DNA of 64,000 nucleotides from positions 7,874,001-7,938,000 of the forward strand of contig JBHGNT010000008.1 of NCBI GenBank assembly GCA_043228905.1, given 5' to 3'. Shown piece by piece: positions 26,101-38,155 of this stretch. The notes beneath the pieces were generated by a model. That model did not search any database and had not been told where the DNA came from. It saw nothing but the letters and a program-made list of their open reading frames with translations. Each line of letters opens with the position of its first letter. Position 1 is the first letter of the stretch. Origin of the DNA: Azolla caroliniana (Eukaryota > Plantae > Polypodiophyta). A program made the position numbers and the translations under genes.

Positions 26101-27207
26101 AAGATATTATCTTCATGGAGGACAAGACTCTTGCCGACTGGGAGTCGGAGAAGAAGATAATGAACTCCGATGAGATTCGGACACACCCGGCTAAGAGCCG
26201 GTTGACACTCGAGGAACCAGCCGGTTACGGTAAGGATACCGAACCGGCAGAAGAAGAAGTAGAGGAAGCTGAAATCAGAATCGGATTCGGATGAAGAACA
26301 AATAGTGGAGCCGGTTGCCGAAGGCCAAAGACGAAGATATCCTCTCAGAGAGAGAAGGGCCCCTCGGAGATTTCCGGATACAGAGCATGTGCTGCTGACC
26401 GATGACGGAGAGCCAGAAAGCTTCGAAGAAGCGAAGGATGACACCCACAACCGCAAATGGTTAAGTGCCATGCAGGATGAGATGGATTCCTTGCATGAGA
26501 ACCATACATATGAATTGGTGGAGTTGCCAAAAGGAAAGCGGGCACTCCGAAACAAGTGGGTGTACAAGTTGAAATCGGGAGATGCCGGCAACCCCCCGAG
26601 ATACAAAGCCAGGATTGTGGTGAAGGGGTTCCAGCTATGGAAGACCCGGTGAGAACCGGATGAGGAGTACCCGGCAACGGAAGACCCGGTGAGAACCAGA
26701 TGACGAGTACCCGGCAAGAGCCGGATGGCGAAGGCTCGGTGAGAAGTGCTCACTGGATGAAGGGACATATTCGTAAATATGTTTTCTGAGAGTCCATTGG
26801 GGCTATATTTGTAAATAGCCGAAAAGTCATATTAGTATAAATATGACTTAGGGCAAACTTAGCGTGAAAGTAGTCATCATTCTTGTTGGTGCAAGATTAG
26901 AGTGCATTACTATGTACAGAGAGAGAGAGAGAGAGGAAGAGGTCGTTGCCTCGGTTGTAACCGCTGCCTGTGGCAAAGATAGCAAGCTCGAGGTCATTGC
27001 TTCGGTGCTTTACTATTGTACATTGTGAAATAGTGATAGTTTGCAATCTGTGGGCTGCCGTGGTTTTTCCCTAGTTTGGGTTTTCCACGTTAACATCCCG
27101 TGTACTCTTCTCTTCATTGTGTCGTGCGTTCATTACCCATTTTCTGTGTTTGATCCTAGGCTTAGTTGTGGCTGAGTGTTGTTCATTGGGTGCGTGTGTT
27201 CCTGACA
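23190..27207 (+). mobile_element. Copia C nested in copia A, with RT/RNase H/PPT deleted
   Basis: Perfect TSD AGAAG. 5' LTR 23190-23975 has a 40-bp tandem repeat; PBS(iMet) at 23979. Decayed gag-PR-IN at 24006-26632 jumps from RT-start YKARIVVKGFQ into the 3' LTR repeat array. LTR remnant at about 26633-27207. Confidence 0.93.
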
Positions 27208-29210
27208 AGAAGGTATCCTTCGAAGAAGACAGAACTGTCGTAGAAGAACCGTCCCATCAGACCGAATCAGAGAGTCAACAAACAGTTCAACTCCAGCTAG
27301 CTGACTACTTCCTTGCCGACACTGAATCGACAAGAAGTCCCATCGTCGAACTCAAAGACAAAGTCATCAAAGACAAAGCTGAATCGACAAGGATCGATAA
27401 AGGCAGAGTCACCAAGAGGCAAGTCAGAAAATTGTCGACAATACCCACAGGGGAGAACAACCAGACACCGCCGAAATCCGAAACTGGGGGTGGGACACCT
27501 AACAAGACTCCTGATACATATGGTTCAACAAATACCAATCTTCTAATAGAACCGATCGAAGGATCCAAACCTAACATCTCAGCACCCTGGAGATCTGGAC
27601 AAGCTCGAAGGAAAACAGAGTTCTATCAACCAGATGAAGTCGAACCAAGCACATATGAAGAAGCTATGGCCGCACCGGACGCTGAAACATGGCTACAAGC
27701 CATGAAATCCGAAATTGACTCGATTCACCAAAATCAAACATGGGAGTTGGTCGAACTATCAACAGGAAGAAAGCCGCTACCTTGCAAATGGGTGTTCTGA
27801 TACAACTATGTATCTGACTTAGAGAAACTCAAGTACAAAGCTTGGCTTTGCGCAAAGGGATTCAAACAGGAATACGGGGTCGACTACGATGAGATATTCT
27901 CACTAGTAGTCAAGATGACCACCCTCCAACTCCTATTAGGAGTTGTGCGATAAAAGACCTAGAGCTCAAGCAGATGGATGTAAAGAAGACATTTCTACAC
28001 GGAGATCAGGAAGAAGACATATACATGTCTTAATCGACAGGCTTCATGGCGACGGGGGAGGACAATCACCTCGTATGTCGACTACAGAAAAGTCTATATG
28101 GCCTCAAATAAGTGGTGAGGATGTGGTACCAAAAGTTTGACTCCTACATACGGTAGCTTGGATACAACAAATCAGACTCTGACCTATGCATGTATGTTCG
28201 ACAACTGGTTGACGAGTCCAGGATCTACCTGATCCTATATATCGATGACATGTTGATTGCAGGGAGCAATCAAGCAGAGATCGGTAAGCTGAAGTGGAGC
28301 CTTCACGCAAAGCTCGCGATGAAGGAACTCGAACAAGCCCGACACATAATGGGCATGAGGATAGAGCGAAATCAGATGAGCAAAAATCACCCACTCTCCC
28401 AGTGTGAATACATCCGCGAGGTGTTGAAGCGCTTCAACATGGAGAATGTGAAGCCAGTACCGACACCACTTTCGACGTCGATCAGACTATCGGACAGAAA
28501 CTCTCCTTCAACGGACAAGGAGAGAGAGCTTAATGGAAAGATACCCTACTCATCGACTGTAGGAAGTATCATGTACGCAATGGTGGAGACCTGACCCGAC
28601 CTAGCCTATGATGTACTAGCCTTTGATGTACGAGTGGTTAGCCGGTACATGTCAAATCCATGAAGGAGGCATTGGGAGGCCATCAAGCACATCATTAGGT
28701 ATCTAAAAGGAACCACAGATGCACATCTGACTTTCAGACTGACAACCTCATCCGAAATCGAAGGCTACACTAATTCTGACTATGCTAGAAATACAGATAG
28801 TCGGAAATCGACATCACGCTACATCTTCACCTATGATGGCAGTGCAATATCATGGAGGTCAAAACTTCAAGAGTGCACGACTCTATCTACCACAGAAGCC
28901 GAGTACATAGCAGCTAAGGAAGCGATTTGGCTGCACCGATTGTCTGCCAACTTCGGAACTGCAAGCCAAATCGACCAACCAGCGCTGACCAACTATTGAG
29001 ACTCACAGAGCGCAATACACCTCATCAATAATCCCGTCTACCATGCGAAGATGAAGCACATTGAGTTGCGGTATCATCATATCCGGGAGCTCGTGACCGA
29101 GAAGAAGCTCGAAGTCTGGAAGATCTACACCGAAGTGAACATCGTTGATTTCCTAACGAAGCCACTCCTAGATCAATGCTTCGGAACACTAAGGACGAAG
29201 ATGGGATTAC

Positions 29211-30057
29211 TGACGGGAATCCAACACCCCTTATGCCCTAAGCTCGGCCACAACCGAGCTTCTTTTCATACACAGAAAGAACAGGTAATGAAACACGACA
29301 CAGAGAAGAGAAACAGTACACAGGAGGTTAACGTGGAAAACCCCAAACTAAGGGAAAAAACCACGGCAGCCCACAGGCTGCAAACTGTCACTATGTATGA
29401 ATATACATAACACTGAGTACTTGGAGGCAACGACCTCGGACTCACGATCTTCGCCACAGGCGGCGGTTACAACAGAGGCAACGACCTCGTCTCTCTCTCT
29501 CTCTCTTTGTACAGTTACACACTCTCTCTTTTCTTGCATCAACAAGAAAATAACAACAACAACCTAAAAGTTTGCCCTAAATCATATTTATACTAATATG
29601 ACTTTTCGGCTATTTACAAATATAGCCACGATGGGCTCTCAGAAACATATTTACGAATATGTCTCTTCCTCCGGTTTGCACCGGGCCTGCACCATCCGGC
29701 TCTCCGTAGCCGGGTACTCCTCATCTGGTTCGCACCGGGCCTGCACCATCCGGCTCTCCGTAGCCGGGTACTCCTCATCCGGTTCGCACCGGGCCTGCAC
29801 CATCCGGTTCTCCGTAGCCGGGTACTCCTCATCCGGTTCGTACCGGGCCTGCACCATCCGGCTCTCCGTAGCCGGGTACTCCTCATCCGGTTCGCACCGG
29901 GCCTGCACCATCCGGCTCTCCGTAGCCGGGTACTCCTCATCCGGTTTGCACCGGGCCTGCACCATCCGGCTCTCCGTAGCCGGGTACTCCTCATACCGTT
30001 TCGGTTCGTCGGCACTATTCTTCTCCCTTCCCATCCGGAGGGACTTGTCTCCCAACA
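29211..30057 (-). mobile_element. Solo LTR related to copia C/D, with six 54-bp tandem units
   Basis: TG..CA ends and perfect TSD ATTAC (29206-29210, 30058-30062). Reverse-homologous to 23190-23975. Array at 29671-29994. Confidence 0.93.
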
Positions 30058-32884
30058 ATTACGACAAGCGACCGAGTAGAAGAAAGCGGAACGAGGGCAA
30101 CAGGTAAGAGCTAATCGACACTCATACTATACTTATGGCGACTCGACTACTTGCCGACAAACTTGTAACATAAAACTTAGTTCAATTTTGTAATGTAGGT
30201 TTATAGGGGAGATAACCCCAAGCACTTGTATATGTATGAAAGAGTAGTCCTTTTATGGAAGAGTTTGTTGACATAAAAGGCCGACTCCTTCCAAATTGTA
30301 TCTGTCTGAGTGTGAGCTCGTTAATAAGTTAGGGCTTAGTATATAAGCAAATACCTAACATTGTAAAGAGTGGCGAGTGGAAGAGAGACGAAGAGGCAGA
30401 GAACTGATTCTCTAGTTCTGCGTATTGTATCTTTGAGAGAGAGTGAGAACGAAGCAATAAAGCTTTCCATTAAAGCTTGCATTGTGTAAGTCTACGCTTA
30501 TTCTGTCTTTCTATCTGCGTTGTTTGATGTTCATAACCGACAACAGATCCATACATGTTTCCGAAAACTCACTCATTGTCAACAGGGAAAACCTTACATG
30601 TTCTTAGAAGACACGTACGATTATGCCATTTAGATGATGTTTTTCACAAACAAAAGACGTCCATAACTTAGAACTTGATGCATAAGTCATGTTGTGCGCA
30701 TTACATTTATTATCACTCCCATTTGGTGTACATACCTCACAAGTGCAAACACACTGATCCCCATGTATACCCTTAGAATCATTACACATAGTGTTCAGAC
30801 CAAGCCTTAACATGTCCATTTTAATGTGGTACACACAACAACATGTGTTCGTTTCTTTTAACTTTCTAACAAAAAACGGTTTCAAACCTTGGAACTTGCG
30901 AAATCCAAGATTGATGCTAGGATGTTGGTCTTTAAAGTTCATGAACAATTCAGCCTACATCACTCAATAAACAGTTAACGTTAATGAAATCCTTGAGTAA
31001 ACAAAAAATATTTAAAACCAAATAGATAAAAAAAAATGAATTACCTCAGTCATCTCCAAGAAGTGTCTTCGGTGAATCTGATACCTACCCCGACTTATAT
31101 GTTGTCAACATACATCTTTTTTATTCGGTGAGACATGTGTGTTTTTTGCCCAAAAGGAATCCAGTTTGTCAATAATATCATGAGACAAGGCATCACATCG
31201 TCGTCTACGACCTAACCCCAACCACTTAAATGGATTTGACCGTATATTTTTCCGATGCTTCCTCAAGTTCCTTCCTTGAATACCAAGGGCTAAGGCAACT
31301 TTAGTATCATTATTTTCTTTTCTTGTACCATTTACAACCATGTGAAGGGTTGCTCTCTTTGCACCAAGCTTATCTATGCTCTCTACCCCTTTCACTAAGT
31401 GTAAGGATGACTTCATAGACTCTACAATCTCCTCCTAAACACATTGGTCCCTAAACTGAATATTCTCCATGTTTTCATTCAAAAGTTGATGGTGCAACAC
31501 TCTAGAGATAATATCCCTACAATCTTCCTTGGTAAATCTCTCAATTACTTCTAGTAAATAATGGACTATGTGAGGAACCACCCGTCTCTTGCTCCTCTCA
31601 GACATCGATTTACGACATGACAACTCACTCTCCTTGACGACTACCATTGTCACTCTCATATATTCTAGCACCTAATTTCTTGTTATTTCAGTACCTAGTT
31701 AATCAAAATAAGTGATTAATACATCGTAGAATAAACATACTTAATATGCCATAGCATAAACATAAACTAGTTTTCGAATAAACATGTATGATTATGCCAC
31801 ACTCATGTATTCCTTTTACAAAACAATTAATTTTTAAGAAAGACAACCATCATTAAAGTTAGACTATTCTGAAATGGATGAATGAAAATGAACCAAATCT
31901 AAACCATAAAACCACGGCTTTAGAGAATCTAAAACATAAAACTGAAGTATCACAAAAAACATATCTCACTTTTCATTTTCATCAGATACTTTGAATTTCA
32001 TATTTCTATGTTGTTATCTCTTCTAGAACCCTAAGTTACCTAAATTACTAGTTTGACCATAACATTAGGCTAATATAAAAGTCGAGTTTTAGGTGTTATC
32101 CACATGTGCATGCCATCATTGGCAGAAGACTATAATCCATTAAGATTAGGAAACAATACAAATAACAGTATGATCAACGTAATATGGTAACGATGAACAA
32201 GTAGATGATGATAATGACAATAATAATCATGATGAAAATGAATACGTAATCTTTTCAGCATAAATTAATCTTAAATTTTGCATTCCAAAGGATAAATTGT
32301 AAATATTAAAGCCTAAAAATTGTTCTGAAATAACCTACGTCATTAATAATAGCTCTAATCAACAGTAGTGAAGTTATGCTACAGAAATGTAAGAGTTATA
32401 CCGAGTGAAGGAGAAGATGGAGAAGACATACCGATGGAAGGAGAAGACATACTGAGGGAAGGAGAAGACATACCGAGGGAAAGAGAAGATGGGGAAGATG
32501 AGTGATGCAAAGAACAACAAAACGATGGGGACATTCGCGTGTTGCGAATACTTGAGATGCAAAGACCATGAAAATGATGAATCTGAGATGGTCCCAATTA
32601 GAAGAAGCAAGAGGAGACGATAGTGAGAAGCGCCACAATCAATTAATGTGGCATGCTAAATTAAAGTGAGGAGGGAATAGCCCCCAAAATAGTCCTGAAT
32701 ACGTAGCAACCTTGTCCCCCCATTCCCTGACTTAAATGCAACATGTACTACCTTCACCCCACTCCCTAAAGAGATTTTCAATTTTTCCGATTTATTAATT
32801 TTTTTTTAATAATTACTTAGTACTAACAATACTAATATGGTTTGACTATAGCATGCTTCGAGCCACACGTAATATACATTTTCA

Positions 32885-34608
32885 AGTAGGTGGGGTAGTT
32901 ATCGCAATTTGGGCGATGTGCCCCTGTGAGCCTCCATTTCACCTACCGTGGGCCGATTGTGGTTGTGGCATTTGTCGGCGAATGGGTTGGGTGGTGTATG
33001 GCCGAGATATGGGTTTAAGTGGAATCCATTAACCCATTTTAGCATGATGTCGTCGGCTAATGTACCAAGCTAGAACGTCCTGTTGAACTCGTCGACAATC
33101 CATAAACTGAGTTTTCCAAGCATCGATCCAATTCGAGTGTGAAAAACCAGGACCGCTTAGCGAATTTCGAATAATTTTTCAATCCCTTTGCGATGGTGAT
33201 CGACAAACACGTCTCCGCTGACCGTGCTCCAATTGGAGTAATTGCGCGAGCCGCTTTTGCTCAGACTCGGTCTCGGGAATTCAATCCAAAATTTGCACTC
33301 GTAGGCTTAGCACTTGAAATTCAATTAGCATCATGGCTTCCAACCTGAATCCCAACTGAAAAGGTGTGGACTTTATACTTGTTTTGAATGTTGTTCGATA
33401 TGCCCAGAGTGTGTTATCCAGCTTATCATCCCAATTGGTGTGATTTTCACTTCTGGAATCAAACAGAAGGATCGGCCGGTGAGGGATTCGTGCTTGCTTA
33501 GTAGGCTGCCCCATGCATTGGCATAGGTCACATTGACGGCAGAATTCGTGAGCATCCTTCTAGGTAGTTGGCTACTATAAGCCGCTTTGCCAAATTTTCC
33601 AAGCTGTTGCGTTTCCAGTATAGTGTCCTCCAACTATCCCATAATGAGCTTCTCAGAGGATGGCTTCCTTCTCGAACTTCCGAATTGCTTGGCGCCAGAT
33701 GCTATCCGAGCCTTTGTGGTAGATTGTGTCGGCCATGAGGCAAAAAATTTAGCTTCTGATTGTCAACCACTTCTTTGCATCCAAGGGCAGGTGCTCGGGT
33801 GGAAGCCCCATGCTAAGTGAACCATTTTGTCTATCCACCCGTCCTCAGACTCGGCATGTTGCATGGCACGAGTGATGCCGAAAAGAGTGGCATCAGGAAG
33901 ATCGTCGAACACGGTTTCAGCTCGCTCCCCCAATTCGAGTCAACTCAGATAGTCGGATGTTGTACCCTTGGCCGATGGTGTATGTCGAATTCCAATTGTT
34001 GTAGAAGCAACATCCATCATGCTAATCTGCCGATCAGTGACTCCTTGGTGACCAAGTATAACAAGACCGAGTAATCGACGTGGAACATAAATTTTCAGCC
34101 AAGTAGATAGTGCTGAAACTTTGTTATGTTGTATATCATTCCGAGTGTTTTGGCTGAGCCGAGCTTGCCCACAACAATGGAGACAGAGACGTAATTGGTA
34201 GAGATGCTCGACTTGTCGGCCGTACACGGCAAAATCACGGTCGTAACTTGTCGAGGAAGACTTGCATGAATGCTGGAATATAATTGCCGAAAATTTTTGC
34301 GGTGATTCTTTGGAATGTTGCCGACGCCATCTTTAACCCGCACATCATCATGACCGCCACGAAAACACCCCATTCTATTACGAATTTTGTCTTTTCTTGG
34401 TCTTCAGGGTGCATGCGGATCTAATTGTAACCGTTGAACCCATCCAGGAAGCTATATCGTTTCTGGCCTACCACGACATCTAACCCACCATCCATAAAAG
34501 GGAGAGGAAATGCGTCGGTGATGGTTTCAGTGTTCAACTTCCGATAACCAACGTAGAGCCTTAATTTTCCACTTTTCTTTGGGACAACCATGATAGGACT
34601 TAACCACG
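32885..34608 (-). pseudogene. Gypsy G: old, heavily deleted Ty3/gypsy pol remnant
   Basis: WLSPIMVVPKKSGKLR, FLDGFNGYN, LWAYRTTFK and NGFHLKPYLG motifs. It is cut in RT by the LTR starting at 34609. Confidence 0.85.
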
Positions 34609-35124
34609 TGTTACCGATTAGGAACACGGTCTACAGTCAGTCCTTCGACCTAGATCTCAAAGTGACTGCGTTGCCACAAATGGTACCATCGTACCGTAAT
34701 ACTTAGTGGGATACCTCTCGTATCCTAGTAGCGTATAAGGGAGACGACTACAACCAAACTCCTTAGGCTGTGCACTAGTAACCACACTGTCACTCACGCC
34801 TACACTCTTATGATTACACTATGCCACCCAGAATCATAGACACATAGTAGATTAACCACAGATATGCACAGGGCTCAGAGAAGATAGAACTCTATTAAGA
34901 TATGCTTTCTACATTCAAAATTACATGCTACCTCTATGAGAGGATTTCTGCCCTTTATATACACAGGGTCTTTTAGCCGTTCACGCTTCCCGCTTGAACT
35001 GTTTACATGCGTTACGTTTTTCCTATATTCTATATTTCTACGCTCCTATCCATCGGTTACTATTCCGGTGAACAACACCTGATATGCTTGTGGGACAGTG
35101 CCATGGCACGTCAAACCCACCCCT

Positions 35125-37965
35125 TTAATCTTCCTCCAAAATGGCCCTGATGTTTGGTTCTGCTCCGGGGACGACGTAGTGTCCGTAGGCGTGTCGTTGC
35201 GTGGTTCCACTACTTGCTTGGTAGGGCTTCCGATGGTGTCGCTGGCTTCTTGTGTGGGCAGTCCAGGCTCTGCTGGCTCATCTTGTGCTATTGTGGTTTG
35301 TTCAGCCGTTGGCGGGCACGTGGTAGGTCGAGGTTTTGTCTTGTCTGTAACCTCGTCCGTGGTGTCGGCTGTAGTCGTACGCTCTAGTGAATGGGGCTAG
35401 GGTTCCTCTTGGTTGGTGGTTTCGCTTTCTAGTATTGCGGGGGGCTCTGTTTGCCGTTCCGTGATGTCCACCGTAGCGGTTATTTCCGGTGACATGGGCG
35501 GAGGTTCCTCTTGTTCGGCAGTATCTGGAATTGGTCTCGCGATGGATTCCTTGTTTGTTTGCGTGCTGCCGGCTTGCATGATCTGGTGAAATAGGCCCTC
35601 CTGTCTTTCGCCAAAATCGTCTAGTAGCTGCGCGAGTTCCTCGGAGTGTTGGTCCGCTTGCATGCGATAGTCCTGCGCTAGGTCCTCGTGTACTGCCGCA
35701 ATGTTTTCCTCATTGAGGTTGACATAGAACCCTCAGCCGTCTTTCCTTCGGTTCTCCCAGTCCGCTCGATATGTATGCAAATCCGCCGCTTGTGCGGCCC
35801 ACGCCATCTAGGCTTTGTCTAGCACCGTTTTTAATTGCGTTGTAAACCTCTCCCGATTTGTTTGAAGGATTATGCACACATTGTCGGTTATTACTTGGCA
35901 ATGGTTGTGTGCTTCTTCTACGGTTTTCTTGAGGTTTTCGATTTCTTGTTTACTAACCGCCGACGCTTCCTCATAAGTGCTTTGCATTCCTACCCATAGC
36001 TAAGATTCCTTCGAATGTAATTCTTCCAACTTTCCCATTTCATTGTTCAGGCGGATTGCGAGTTGATGTCGCCTCTACTGTTCCCCTACCAGCTGCTTGT
36101 CGAACCATGCTTTCTTCTTGTCTAATAACGCCCGTACTCCCGTAATCACTGCTTTCGATTTTTTCGCTTCCTCCCGTAGTCTGGCGTTTTCTTCTTTCAT
36201 GTGGTTGTGCTGTGATGGCTCTGCTACGAGTTTCTCTTCAAGGCTCTTTACTGCCTTTTGGCCGTTGGCCCTGATGTCCTTTTCTCTGTCTGAGAACTGA
36301 CGAAGTTCGGAGTGGAGACAGTCAATCTCTGATTCCACCAGTTGCACGACCCTTTTTTCTTTCAAGTCAATGGCGGTCTGGGCTTCAATTTCTTCTCTCA
36401 GGGCCTTGGCGGCGTTGGCTGTTGGTTGCGCTGCCTACTGCACCGTAGTTGCATTATGTTCAAACTCCACAATGCGTGCGTTGGCCTTTTGTAGCTCGGC
36501 TTGGGTCAGTTTAACAGTCTTCCAGACAGTTTTATTTTTAATTGCCATATCCTTGGCACCCATACTGACCTTCACCAGTTCCCTATGACCTTCGACAAGG
36601 GCCGCGTTTAATGGGGGTAGTTCCATCCCCTTTCAGCGTATACTGGCGTTCTGTTGTCTGCCAACTCTGGCTAATTGCTCCTCATCATCACTTTCCGTCG
36701 TTTGTGTTAGCACATGCTAATCATTTGGCCCTTCGCGTGCTCCTCGGCCATTCGTCGTGAGACTTTTATTTGTTGTGTTGCCAAAAAATTCCATGAGTTT
36801 GAAAGTGGTTCCGAACTGTAACAGTGCGTCGAACTCATGGGCCATGTCCGGAATGTCCGGATACGCCAGGACCTTGCTTTCCACCGTAAATACACCTTTC
36901 CCCCGCTGTGACTAGGCCGTAATGATCGGTCGTGGTTCCCAGATTATTTCGAAGGTGGTGTTGGTCTCTGTAGCTACGGAGCTGTCGACCACGGTTGTCA
37001 TCTCTATGGCCATGAGTGTGTCTTTAACTAACCAGCACCCATCTTTCCTGTCTAGCCTCCGCCGTTTCGGCCTCGGGCTTCTGGCTCCTTCGCACCTTCC
37101 TCGCTGCGCTACGCCCATTCTTCCTGTGTTGTTTGTGTGTTTGGCTACCTGATTTGGGTTCATCTTCCCACTTTGTGGTGGCCAACTCCACTAACCTTCA
37201 CTTTGCGAATCGTGGCGGCGGCATGGGTTTGCTGGGCTGCGGTGCCGGTAGTCCTCGGGGTGGGAATAGTATCGTGAGATACTGTTGTATGATAGGCCTT
37301 AGCTTTTTGCCTCCTTGATACGTGTGCAGGCCTTCCCGTAACATTGGTCTCGTAATGACCCTCCAATCGACCGTGCGCCCTTCAAAGGTATCAATGATGA
37401 TTCCTGCCTTCTACTTGGGCATTCCATATGCATTTATATGTACGCATCCGACCTCCGACAAGAACTTGGCTATTTTGCGGAAAAAGGGGTTAGGGATTTC
37501 CTTCGTTCTATATGCCTTGGTAGACGCTGAATATGGCCCAAAATATCTCTGCAAAGTTTCCGGAGGAGGAATTTCGAAATGCCTTTCTCCTAGTGATGAC
37601 AGGTCAAGCTTTTTCTAGATGGATGTGTTGGTGACCGTGTCGATATTGAGCTTCCTAGCGATGTCCAGTGCGTCAGGGTGGGGAGGAGCCTCAGCGACTC
37701 TGATGTATCCATCCAAGCGTTTCTCCACGAGCCATCGACGCAAGGCGACAGAAATAGGTATTGGCATAGTTGGATGGTTAGGCTCATGGCTAATGGGTGA
37801 GGACTGCTGGCTATGGCGAACTTGAGCTCTGTGATAGGATGGAGAAGAGGCTGAGGGAGGGGAGCGATGAGAGCGATGAGATTTAGAAGGTTGGTTTCTA
37901 TACTGTGCAGAAAACCTTCTATTTCCTTCTTTTTGTGGCCTAGGGTTCATTGGTTGGTGAGCCAT
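35125..37965 (-). pseudogene. Decayed sense-strand extra ORF(s) between integrase and PPT of gypsy E
   Basis: ATG at 37965 (MAHQPMNPRP..). A globular segment (..FEGRTVDW..QQYLTILFP) is followed by coiled-coil segments (36075-36626) and a Pro/Glu/Thr-rich tail ending next to the PPT. Scattered stops. Confidence 0.65.
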
Positions 37966-38155
37966 CGTGGTGCCGCGTTGTCGTGAAGAAAACTGGCCAT
38001 AGGCGGAATCGGAGAAAAAGGCGCATGAACCGGCTCTTACATGGGTGGACGCGAGAATTGACATTTTGTACATAATTCATAATTAGGTCGGCTGATGTAA
38101 ATACTAGGTAGTACATATTTATTAGAGGATTGGTGTGTATCTCTGTCGAAAGGGA

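Larger units (their letters stand above)
14525..30584 (+). mobile_element. Copia A: degenerate full-length Ty1/copia hosting three nested insertions
   Basis: 5' LTR 14525-20270 (split by copia B) and 3' LTR 30266-30584, both TG..CA. TSD GGGCA/GGGAA. PBS tggtatcagagcc at 20273-20285. Decayed gag-PR-IN at 20370-23189 and RT-RH at 27213-29210. Confidence 0.93.
11068..31671 (-). pseudogene. Sola2-like transposase, copy 2, split by introns, a MITE and a 16-kb copia nest
   Basis: Order on minus strand: 31671-31045 (frameshifted), intron 30955-31044, 30954-30585 (LKPFFVRKLKETNTCCCVYH), copia nest, 14524-14143 (VIDFAENYTLKVQNEVQSMHW; WVWSDGAASQFK), intron 12792-14142, 12791-12360 (WNYFGSRHGKGENHGAG; GMRKSH; CFCSMC), MITE, 11521-11068. 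Confidence 0.88.

Noticed and set aside
29598-30107. 18-aa repeat proteins in several frames
   Set aside because: They are translations of the 54-bp array inside a solo LTR.
32374-32638. Short ORFs with repeated peptides
   Set aside because: They come from three or four ~21-bp purine-rich repeats in non-coding DNA upstream of transposase copy 2.
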